64,000 nucleotides of DNA from Lytechinus pictus (lineage: Eukaryota): NCBI RefSeq assembly GCF_037042905.1, contig NC_087246.1, positions 13,780,233 to 13,844,232 on the forward strand. Reading direction: 5' to 3'. How positions within the stretch are numbered: position 1 is the stretch's first letter; each line of letters starts with the position of its first letter. The notes beneath the pieces were generated by a model that had not been told where the DNA came from, searched no databases, and saw nothing but the letters and a program-made list of their open reading frames with translations. Shown here in pieces: positions 11,968 through 21,910 of this stretch. Made by a program: the position numbers and the translations under genes.

Positions 11968-12666
11968 CTGAATATGTATCATTGAAAATATATCAGAATT
12001 CCCCTATACTCTATATATGCAAGGATACATGTAGGTTTTTTTTATGATGACACTATTCTGTGTTCTAATTAATTTTTCAGCCATAGTATTACTCTAAAAC
12101 TATGCTCATAGTCCCATACATATTGAACTAGGAGCAACATTGATAGACTAAAATATTATATAATATGGTAAATGTTTTATTGCATATTTCATATGTAATT
12201 TGTTTTGTTTCATCAAGTGATTGTTGAAATTTGGCATCTAAGCATCTAAAACCCCTTCATCTGATTGGCTAAGAGTAAATCTGTCCAAAAAATCAATGGC
12301 AATATTTTTCATGAAAACACTAGTCAATATTGTGGCAGTTCCTGAATAACTGAAGAAAGTTTAACATCATAAGATTGATTATGAACAAGGTAATAAATTT
12401 ATATTCCATCCACCATGCCACAATATTGAATGTTGCTTTTAGATGCACAGACTACAACACATTATTTCTTTTACAATAGAATTGCAATTTGAAATATTTC
12501 AGTTGGCTCGATTTACTTATACGAGTGAATCTGATTAAAATATAAAAATACTGACTTCAGTGTATATCACAAAAAGACACAAATGTCTTGAATCCTTAAC
12601 AATCCCTAAAGTCTGTTGTGATCATCAATAGTGGATATTTCAAATCATTTAAGTTTCTGTTCTTAC

Positions 12667-12783
12667 CTCACTGCTTTCCAATCTCACACTCACTTTCCCA
12701 TTCTTTCTTGCTGCTGTGACGGTACCTCTTAGCCAGGGGCAGTTGTCTTCTGTATTGCTGTTAGCAACCCATACTCTCATACC
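12667..12783 (-). CDS. MYO19: Myosin exon (G-MRVWVANSNTEDNCPWLRGTVTAARKNGKVSVRLESSE). Alternative start ATG at 12780..12778 if the upstream exons are UTR.
   Basis: Acceptor ttacag|GGT, donor GAG|gtaaga. N-terminal region resembling the myosin head start (RVW...). Phase-compatible with the next exon. Confidence 0.75.
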
Positions 12784-13029
12784 CTGTAAACAATTTCGAA
12801 TATGATAATTACATGTAGTTCCAGAATTGCCATAGTATGATATTTTTTTCTTCAAAACTGATGTAAAATTAATACATACAACTAAAAACAAGATAAGACA
12901 ATCCAGGCATCTTTATTGAAACAGATAAAGAATATAAAGACCTGTGAGTTAAGTTGAAATAAACCGCTTGTAATAATCAAGTACCGGTATGCTTAAATTT
13001 TTCAAAACTGACATTTCAGAAGGGCAAAC

Positions 13030-13210
13030 CAAATTATAAAGATTATTTACTCATCATCATCATAATCATCATCTTCACTGTTTTCATAATAATTAACAAT
13101 CATCATCACAATCATCACTTATCATAGTCAACATAATCACCTTCATCATCATTATCCTCATTAGTCATTATCCTCATCATCATCATCAACATCATCATTA
13201 ACATTTTTGT
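13030..13210. repeat. Imperfect (ATC/ATCATCACA)n microsatellite in a myosin intron.
   Basis: Read directly. Confidence 0.7.
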
Positions 13211-14361
13211 TCTTTATCAGTTGTAGATGTGGTTGTTTTGATGCTTCTGTTACCATTAATGCAGTTGTCATTAGTATCATTGTAATTTAAAGGGGAATTC
13301 CCAACAAAAAGTTGGTTTGAGTAAAAAGAGAATGATTTAACAAGCATAACACTGAAAATTTCATTCAAATTGAAAGCTACATGTATGACATTTTAAAGTT
13401 TTGCTTAATATCACTAAACAGTCATTTGTAAATCCTGGTCATTATGCGAATGAGGGAGCCAATGATAATACCTACTATTTCTTTTATATATCATTACATG
13501 AAATATTAAATAAACCAATATTCTCCTCATTGTAATGTGAAACAAACTTTGATTCCTCCCAGGATTTGTGCACTTGCCATTGTTGTAACCTACAGGCATT
13601 GTGATTTGATGAAGAGTCTCATCATTGTCAAATGAAGTTAGTCTTCTGTGCAAACACATCACCCAAGTTACATGTAAGTTGTCTGAATCTCGAGTTAAGT
13701 GGTTTGAATATGCAGCCTGAAATGACTTGTGTACTGAAGGCCCTCTTGAAAAAGCAAGCTTTATGTGCTAGTCTTGTGTAAAAATCCATTTAATAACCAA
13801 AGTTACTATCAGGGAGTGTGCCTGCACGCTATGTCAAATCAGAATTTAAATAATGATATATTTTTAAATTCATAAGTTAAATTCAAAAGAAATGAGTGAG
13901 TGAGTAAGTGACATTGACTCGCTTATTTGATATTGTAGTGATGTGCTTACATGTAACTGCAATGTGGATAAATAAGCAAAATTCTAAATCGTCATAACTT
14001 TCATCTTCCACATCAAATTAAGATATTTTCAGCATCATGCTCATTTGATTTTCTCTTTTTATTTGAATAAACATTTGGGGTGGACTTCCCTTATTTATAC
14101 TAATTTTTTGTTGGCAGTGTTGTTGCTAAAGTGTTTCAAGTGCAACAAACAACTTTAGACTCTCGAACATCTTACATGTAAGTCTTATTCGACTCATTGT
14201 ACCTATGATAGCTGCCTTCTGAATTTGTACAATCATAGATGAGGAGATATTATTGTTGTTATCATTATTATTACCAAAACATCATGATTATGATCATTAA
14301 TATTATCAATTATAAAAAAAGTGACTGATTTCATCATATAAAAAATAAACAATACAGCTTA

Positions 14362-14430
14362 CCTCTTGGAAACATCTTTTTGGTTGTTTTACAGGTGGTG
14401 CAGGAGCTTTAGAATTTTTCTTTGATGGCT
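14362..14430 (-). CDS. MYO19: Putative myosin coding exon 2 (KPSKKNSKAPAPPVKQPKRCFQE), 69 nt, phase 0/0.
   Basis: Acceptor tatag|AAG and donor GAG|gtaagc. Open frame continuous with the flanking exons. In-frame stop immediately upstream of the acceptor. Confidence 0.4.
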
Positions 14431-15329
14431 TCTATATTTATCAATCAAGAAGAAGGAATGAAGCAGTAAATTTAAACAAAATGAAAAAAAAACATTAAAA
14501 ATCTGCATGAAACCAACACAAAAAACACTGAAAAATAAATGTTCATTTAGTTTTTCCTTCTTTATTTCAGGGCTGCGGGGGCAGAATGTTTATGTACAAT
14601 TGATGTTAGATTCTCTATAGAAAGTTCTTTTGCTGAAGTTAGCTTCTGTTCTTGAAGTTAATAGACCAATATCTTTTTAATAATAAAAAGAAAATTTGGC
14701 CAACTCTAGTCATAATATGTACAGTATCATGTATTCTGTATCATTCATGGTGCAAGTTTGATGAATTTTAAGAAAATATTGTGTTTGATATGACTGAATT
14801 CATGAAAAGTGTAATCCACTGACACAGGAACCAGGCACTCATTCAATGAACAAGGTTATGATTTTCCATGCTAGCTAACAGAATTCTTATTTTGTAAAAA
14901 TTTTGATATTCTTATAAACTCGCGAGAGTAGACCTAATTATAGAAGAACGTTTCGTTAAGGTTTTTATTCTTTTGACAAAAAAAACAAAAAGGAAAAACA
15001 ATGAAGTTATACACCCTCCCTTTTCTCATTTCGCTTTTTCTTTTCCCCCTTTTTTTTTTGGGGGGGGGACCTTTTCGAGGGGCACCGCCCCCTGGCTCGC
15101 GCCTACAAGATGAAGAGACGAGCGAGCAAAAATTTGTGTCACTTTTATTGCAAATATCAATTTTGTGATAGATTTTGACATAACATTCAAAATGTAATAT
15201 GTCACTCTTTTTTCCTTTTCTCTATTTTTTTTATAAGGGCGCAACTGATCTCGGGATGATTCTCGCATGCATTTTTCTTAATCTTTCCTTCCGCTTTCGT
15301 TTTTTTTATGTGTTGTATTTGGCCTTTTA

Positions 15330-15450
15330 TTTCTCTTCCCTTTCCCTTTTTCTCTCTCCCCCTCTCTCTCTTTCTTTCTCTCTCGATCTCTTTCTTTCTT
15401 TCTTTCTTTTTTTTTCTTTCTTTCTTTCTAATTTCCCTCATCTTGTCCCA
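15330..15450. repeat. CT-rich microsatellite, (TCTTTC)n / (CT)n.
   Basis: Read directly. Responsible for the spurious ORFs 15199..15496. Confidence 0.8.
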
Positions 15451-16105
15451 TTTTTTTTATTTTTTTTTCCCTGTGGACACTTTTTTTTTTAATTAGAATA
15501 CTAAAAGCATTCCATATGCACCCCCAATGATCAGTCTAGTAAGAAACCTTTCATTTTTGCCATTCATAGTGAAATAATTTTTATCCCTTCATACGCATGC
15601 ACGCATTAGACGTTTGAAAATAAAAATTCACACTTATAAACCGATTTCACCCTGTAAATATGGATTTCCTTGGGAAATCCATCCGGGTGTGGACAACTCG
15701 CTTATGCATGTATGGAAAGAGTTTCAATTCAAGGCTCCATGATGAAAATCTATAGGCCCTATGTCAAAATATTAAAAATATCATCACGGATGATGGAGTC
15801 CTGACTCCTAATCTAAGTTAGTCCTCAGGCTCAAGCCTAATTCTACCCCATTTTTGGAGAGTATGCTCCCTCTGCCTAATACTATTACACGGACGAGTCC
15901 TGGGCTCCGTCCCGCAAAGCAGGCCAGAGCTCCCTCGGTTACAATCCACCTAACTGGCGTTTTTTATTCGCTCTCATAATCGATTATGACATTGCCAATA
16001 TTATTTTGCCACACTCCCTCACTGTCTCACCCAAGGGTTCATTACATGCCGCCGCGCACAGAAAAATCAAGCCATACAGTGAGTGTCACTGTCTGTGACC
16101 GGGTG

Positions 16106-16280
16106 GGTGTTTCATAAAGCTGTTCGTAAGTTAAGAGTGACTTTAAAGTTTAAGAACGACTGGTTATCCTTTCTTATGCGCTAAATAATCACCAACATAT
16201 AATGGTGAACATTATTTACCACAAGAAAGGATCACCAGTCAAAGTCGCTCTTATTAACTTACGAACAGCTTTATGAAACG
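16106..16280. mobile_element. MITE with perfect 26-bp terminal inverted repeats (gtttcataaagctgttcgtaagttaa ... ttaacttacgaacagctttatgaaac).
   Basis: Perfect TIRs read directly. About 175 bp, non-coding. In the putative first intron of the myosin gene. Confidence 0.7.
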
Positions 16281-16406
16281 GTCATGACGGTAGGCCTACC
16301 CAATTGGGTCCGTAAATCAAATGTATGAACTATGGGACCGTGCAGGGCTCTTCGATTTGAATTTCCCAGTAATTTCATCCCAAATACACAAAAATTGAAA
16401 ACTTAC

Positions 16407-16493
16407 TTTGTCATGAGTAGAAGAGTCATTTAAGCTCTTCTTTTCTTGAGTAAGAGGAATATTTGAAAATCGTTCACGCAAAACGCCTGCCAT
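16407..16493 (-). CDS. MYO19: Putative first coding exon of the myosin gene (MAGVLRERFSNIPLTQEKKSLNDSSTHDK). ATG at 16493..16491 in Kozak context atcATGG; donor AAA|gtaagt.
   Basis: Consensus donor. Ends in phase 0 and reads in frame through the next two exons (14362-14430, then 12667-12783) into the myosin motor, which adds a 52-aa basic N-terminal extension. Three consecutive in-frame junctions are unlikely by chance. Confidence 0.45.
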
Positions 16494-16789
16494 GATGACG
16501 TGAAGTAATGCCGATGCTTCCGAATTTATTTTCAAATCTCGCGTCTCAATTCTCAAATGCAAACAAGTGATCGTGAGGGCGACATAAAATACTGGTTCAA
16601 CAGTTCAGTATCAAAGGTCGAAATTTTTTCAAGCCCAATACTTCTAAAGGGGGGGGGGGTGTAAGCAGATCCAGCCGGGGGACGAAGCGGCTTGTTCTTT
16701 ATCCAACACTGTGCTTAATTTCGACATTTTTATTCCAAAAATCCCATTTTGTGATAGATTCTGACATGATTTACAGAAAGTACACCATA

Positions 16790-17335
16790 TTTTGCCCTTC
16801 TCCAGTAGTGTTTACCTAGGATTTTTCACAGGGGGGGGGGGGGCAAAACCGTCCGCCAAAAAATTTGACAAGCAAAAAAAAAAAAAAAAAAAAGAGCTTC
16901 AAGCTCGTCAGGGGGGGCAAGAAAGGTTTTCAAGCTCGTCAAGGGGGCAAAAAAGGTCTTTCAAGCTCGTCAGGGGGGCAGAGATACGTCCTTTGCATGG
17001 GTTGTGGCTCGTCAGGGGGGGGGGCAGACTGCCCCCTCTGCCCCGCCCCCATAGGTACGCTAGTGCCCTTCTCCCTTTCCTTTTCTTTCCTTCTCTTTTT
17101 CTTGGTCGTGATTTTTTTTTGGGGGGGCGAGCATTCCCGAGTCCACATCCCCCCATCTGTAGGCCCGGCTTCACTACGGCCTTGTTCATGATTACATCTA
17201 AGTTCCAACACTTTCTCCATGTTATTTTGGCGGATCCAGGATTTTTCGAAAGGGGGGGGGGCACATTTTCCCCGAGGAAAAATTTGACAAGCTGTGCCCC
17301 CCCCCCCCTGGATCCGCTAGTGGTTCATGACAGTT
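16790..17335. repeat. Composite G/C-homopolymer-bounded repeat element. Contains the dispersed motif aaatttgacaagc+polyA twice, a 3x tandem approximately 30-bp unit (caagctcgtcagggggg), and a hairpin gcggatccagg...cctggatccgc.
   Basis: Read directly. G14 at 16830, A23 at 16877, C13 at 17297. Same family as 57940-58215. Confidence 0.5.
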
Positions 17336-17584
17336 GACACGGTTGGATTTACATCACTTTCTGTATTTCTATGTATAATTTTTTTGATATTTTGGGTTTT
17401 TATCTGTCCGTAGGCCTATATGTACTGCAACTATATCAAATTTAAAAAAAAATTGTGATTTTTATTTTTGCATTCATATTTGATTTTGAGAATATCAACG
17501 ATTTTTGTTGTTATCTTTGTTTTTATTGATTGATTGATTGGTTGGGATTTTTTACCTGATAGCTAAGAAAGCATGAATGCTTGT

Positions 17585-17650
17585 AAGCAAGCAACCAGAG
17601 GACCGACGCACAGTGGGCCGGGGCGAAACAAAAGTGCGCCAAAAGTCATT
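17585..17650 (+). mobile_element. 5'-truncated copy of the 3' body of the same SINE-like element.
   Basis: aaccagaggaccgacgcacagtgggccggggcgaaacaaaagtgcgccaaaag, compared with the reverse complement of 18795-18860. Confidence 0.4.
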
Positions 17651-18794
17651 TTGGGCAATTTCAGATTTTTAATTTTTGTCATGCCCAGCTGAGAGATAAC
17701 ACTTTGAAGAATACTTCAGCAAAATATTTCATTCCGGAATTTGCATAAAGGTGGTTTATTTCCTACCTCAAATCGTAAAATGTGACATTTTGCGAAATGT
17801 CGCGTATTCTTGGAAAACAGGCCATTTCACAGGAGGTTTTTCATGTAGGAATCTGAAATGACTCCCACATAATCCTGATATATTCTTTTTTTCGTATGAA
17901 AGGGTTCAAAGTAGATAAAAGACACCTTTCAGGAAGGTTTATAGGATGATTATTCCTCGAAATAGGCTGAAAATCCATGTTTTTTGCATTTACATTAAAA
18001 ACGTTTAGATTTCCGTGGATTTCCGTCTAAATTCTATAAGCATCATTTTTTCCGATGTCTCAGCTTTAAGTCGATACCAAATTTAGCTGCCCGTTTTTGC
18101 CCGTTTTCATGTTAGAGCCGATTTTACTTGACACAACACCCCAAAAACCTGTTAAAAAACGGTCATTTTTATACCGCGCAGTCATCGTAGCGCACCGTAT
18201 GGGTGTACATTGCCGTTCGCTTTTGCACGGCGAGGACAATTCCCTTCCATTCCATGAAAATGACATAAATTCCGGGCATAATATAAACATAATAAAGGTT
18301 GCTAACGCAAATAAGGGCTATACCCACAACTCTTCCAGAGATAAAACTTACTTGTAGAATAATTTCAGCCCAAAACCTTCCTTATAGTGATACATTCGTG
18401 GTGTTATATATACTCTGCGTTTTACATAAGTCCACACAGCTTGATAAAGCACGGTTAATATTTTTCAGATTTTATTTTATTTTTTATAAATCTAATTAAT
18501 GATCATTTTGATGCCATAAAATTATTTTCGGCATCTCATACACACTTTTTAGGCATGTGAGAAGCATAAACCACTATTCACTCTGATCAATCTTAAAGTA
18601 GCACATAACACAAAGTTTATGTACTACACATTGTTTAGCGTAATTTGTCTTTTCACAGATAGGTTTTAAGTAGCCAATCAAAATTTGGTATCAAGGTGAC
18701 GTCATATCGGCTTTAAATTATGTTCAGTCGATTCTACGGCCCAAATTACCCACAAGCAACATGTTAAAGTAAAAATCTAACACGGAATATAATT

Positions 18795-18966
18795 TTGGCG
18801 CACTTTCAACTCATTCTGGCCCACTGTGCGACGGCTTAAGGTCCTCTCCGAAGGACCTGGTAATGAGGATTAATGCCTTACCAAAGGGCAATAGCGCACC
18901 AAGTGTGAATCGAACCCGGGTCACCGGCATACGAATCCCCCGCTCTACCGACTGAGCTATCGCGCT
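18795..18966 (-). mobile_element. tRNA-derived SINE-like element. The head has A-box TAGCTCAGTCGGTAGAGC and B-box GGTTCGATTC, but the anticodon and T stems cannot pair, so it is not a functional tRNA.
   Basis: Reverse complement reads GCGCGATAGCTCAGTCGGTAGAGCGGGGGATTCGTATGCCGGTGACCCGGGTTCGATTCACACTTGG... The 3' body (ggaccttaagccgtcgcacagtgggcc...aaagtgcgccaaaa) recurs at 17585-17650 in the opposite orientation. Confidence 0.5.
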
Positions 18967-19874
18967 TTTTGCACTGTCGTTAATTTTAATATTTTTGTAT
19001 AGTCCTATAATTACCAAATTGTGTAATTCATTCCTTTCCACCGCCCTTTCCAAGGGGGATCCACAATTTACAAGCTTTGCTTTTTAGTGGATCCCCCTCA
19101 TTTCCATTTATGCTCTATATTATACTGTTTTTTCTGTGTTTTTTTTTTACGAAGTAAGAATGCCCTTCTGTAAAATTGTACTTGATTTGTATTACTTTAT
19201 ATTACTTTGTATTATGTTTTGAATGGAAATGAAATAAAAGAATTGAATTGAATGATACTTCTAAACTTTTAATTATTAGGCGAAGTACAAATTTTGATTG
19301 TTTGAATGTCAGATGATTCCAATTTAGATTTAATCAAAAGATCCATTCAGAGTCCATATTTTGGAATTAATTTTCTTTAATATAAAACACAATATAGAAG
19401 TAAACAACAACAAAACAATATGCGCAAAACAAAGAAATTCTATACTCCAAAAAATGAATAATTTCATCATAACTTGACTCTGCCCCCCCCAAAAAAAAAT
19501 GATATGGGCGCATAACGTTGTAGCTCTGAATTTTCATGTGTTTATTCCCATTGTTAACAAAATTCAGATATCATAATTCACAAGGTCTCCCGGTCTTGAT
19601 AAGATTGTAGAACTTGATTACGAGGAAAATAGAGCGCAAAAACGTCACGCGAACAGCACTGAAACATGCGTGATATATCAAAATTTGAAAGAAAAGAAAA
19701 TCAGATGTGTAACATCTTGGGCATTGAAAATTCCAGATAAAGGGCACAAAATAAGAGAGGAGATGGACGTTGAGGGATACTGAATGAAGTTTGATATTCG
19801 AAGTCGTTTACTTTTTTAAATATTTTAATACCGTATAGTACGGAACGAATTTCATGCCCACATGGGGTGAAAAG

Positions 19875-20050
19875 CCAAAGTAGCCTATACAGGGGGCCGC
19901 GGGACCGGGGGGCTGGGGGCTTCAGCCCCCCCCCCCCCATTTTTTTCCAAAATCGTGCATGTACAAAAACGTAAAAATTACGATCTGATTGTGATTTTTT
20001 GCATGGTCATTCCCTCCCCCCTTTCAAAACCGTTCCGCGGCCCCTGCATG
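19875..20050. mobile_element. Small MITE-like element with GC-rich termini (cagggggccgcgg ... ccgcggcccctg) and C/G homopolymers. Copy 1.
   Basis: About 85-90% identical to the reverse complement of 24335-24500. Its own ends are inverted repeats. Confidence 0.5.
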
Positions 20051-20106
20051 GGGAGTAGCATTTGGATATATAGAGTTACCCGCTCCCACCAGGAGACTAT
20101 GCCGCC

Positions 20107-20190
20107 CATAGGCGGATCCATATATATATATATATATATATTTATATGTATATATATAAATAAATATATATATATATATAATGTGCGTTC
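20107..20190. repeat. (AT)n / (TATA)n microsatellite.
   Basis: Read directly. Confidence 0.85.
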
Positions 20191-20239
20191 ACATCCACTT
20201 CACAATATTCCTACACAGTGCTTGAAAAAGAGCTAAATT

Positions 20240-20760
20240 AAAATTTTTCAGATCGGAATATCAAATATTTTCAGCTCGCGGTTCGTGCTCGCATTATTGA
20301 TTTTATGATGATAGAAAAATGCATTCAGAATGCCCAGATTCTGAGGTCTAACTCTAAAACAAGCACACGCATGTATATTGAGATACACAGCTTGTTCTCG
20401 GATTTAAAACGTGTTTAAATTATCCAATTTCATATCAGAATATCAAAAACTTTCTGCTCGCTCTTCGCGCTCGCATTACAGTGTAGAAAAAAATAACAAA
20501 TTTATCATCGTTTTTCATGATTTACAAAACATGAAGTGTCAAGATTCAGGTCTAATATCTCTTTTTTTTTCCGGTCGCGCTTTTGCGCTTGCATCAATAA
20601 CCTATCACCTATCCCGTTCATGATTACAAAAATTGCTTAAAATGTCCATTTTTAGGTCGGAATTTTGTTTGGATCGCGCTTCGCATAACAGGTCCCTTTT
20701 CGATTAGGCCTGAACGCATTTTAAACATTTCTGTTGCGCGCTCGCAGTATAGTTATCTCG
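20240..20760. repeat. Degenerate tandem satellite array, about 4-5 units of roughly 110-140 bp. Each unit ends in a (t)tcgcgctcgcatta-like core. An extra solo unit lies at 21470-21500.
   Basis: Recurrent cores at about 20275 (cgcggttcgtgctcgcattattg), about 20455 (ctgctcgctcttcgcgctcgcattaca), about 20570 (cggtcgcgcttttgcgcttgcatcaata), about 20665 (gatcgcgcttcgcataaca), about 20735 (ttgcgcgctcgcagtatag) and about 21485 (cgcttcgcgctcgcactata). Each is preceded by ttt(c)ag(a/g)tcggaat...atcaaa. Confidence 0.55.
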
Positions 20761-20805
20761 TTACATATACGCATTTTTTCAGGATCACAAACATTTATAA
20801 TGTTA

Positions 20806-21430
20806 AAGGAGAATGAAACCTTTGAAACAAGATAGCTTGTGTGAAAACAGAAAAATCAAAGAAACAGATCAACGAAAGTTTGAGAAAAATCGGACAAATA
20901 ATGATAAAGTTATGAGCATTTGAATATTGCGATCACTAATGCTATGGAGATCCTCACATTGGCAATGGGACAAAGATGTGTGATGTCACTTGTGAACAAC
21001 TCTCCCCAGTACTTTACTATATATTTCACTTAAACTGCCTCTTTTATCACATCTATCAGTAGATCATGTGTTCTTTCTATAGGAGGGCATGTAATACAGA
21101 TTTTTAAAGAATACATCATGGATAAAGAGATTGTGTCACCTTAAGAAAAAGCAAATAGAGACATTTGGGGGGTATTTTAGAGTCCATCAAAGGGAAAGTT
21201 GTTCACATGTGACATCACCACTGAACTAGAAATATCTCTAGTTCAGTGGACATCACACATCCTTGTCACATTGCCAATGGGAGGATCTACATAGCATTAA
21301 TGATTGCAATATTCAAATGCTCATAACTTTCTCATTATTTGTCCGATTTTTCTCAAACTTTCTTTGTTCTTATTCTTTGATTATTGTGTTTCGACACAAG
21401 CCTATTTGTACCAAAGGTTTCATTCCCCTT
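20806..21430. mobile_element. Foldback or MITE-like element with about 200-bp inverted arms (20806-21010 and 21195-21430) and an approximately 190-bp loop.
   Basis: Left end ggagaatgaaacctttgaaacaagatagcttgtgtg... is the reverse complement of the right end ...cacaagcctatttgtaccaaaggtttcattcccc. The internal arms (tcggacaaataatgataaagttatgagcatttgaatattgcgatc) are mirrored. Confidence 0.65.
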
Positions 21431-21837
21431 TAAATTTTCAGACAAAACACATGACATTTCCAAAAAAAAAACATTTAGCTAACGCTTCGCGCTCGCACTA
21501 TATAAAAAACAAGGTTTTTGAGATTATAACACATTTATGTTGTTTTATAAGAATAAAGCTAAGAAGTGACTGTTAGGACTACCCCTTCAAAGAAACAAAT
21601 AAACATCAATTTTGAGCGGCCCATCGGGGATCCACTGATTCCATATTTCATATCCATATTTCATTTTATTGTTCGAAATAGACATGAAATGAAATATTCC
21701 GAAAATTTGCTGTGCCCAATTGATCTTGGGCCCGGTATAGCCGCTGTGCAGCGCCAGATCGACGATGCTCTATGCCTTTATTCGTTGAACGCCAATCAGG
21801 GGAGCAATTCCCAACTTTTTAAACTTCTTTTGGTCTG

Positions 21838-21910
21838 ACGTGGCCGGGGTTTGAACTCCCGACCTCCCGGTTGTGAGACGGACGCTCTAACCTACTGAGC
21901 GTGGAAAAAT
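21838..21910 (-). mobile_element. tRNA-like fragment (D-arm GCTCAGTAGGTTAGAGCG, T-loop-like GGGAGTTCAAACCCCGG). Acceptor stem cannot form. Pseudo-tRNA or SINE head.
   Basis: Read from the reverse complement. No valid cloverleaf. Confidence 0.35.

Noticed and set aside
15026-15496. ORFs 15026..15268, 15199..15492, 15202..15441 and 15308..15496 (poly-K/E/R and poly-F/L/S peptides)
   Set aside because: Produced by the CT/GA-rich microsatellite and homopolymer tracts. Compositional artefacts.
16792-17337. ORFs 16792..17337, 16865..17191, 16908..17264 and 16939..17220 (Gly/Pro/Lys-rich)
   Set aside because: They lie entirely inside the G/C-homopolymer-bounded repeat element. Overlapping frames on both strands, low complexity, no splice support.
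18811-19053. Candidate tRNA gene (A-box and B-box containing sequence) and ORF 18811..19053
   Set aside because: The anticodon stem and T stem cannot base-pair and the acceptor stem is imperfect. Interpreted as a tRNA-derived SINE or pseudo-tRNA rather than a functional tRNA. The ORF is incidental.
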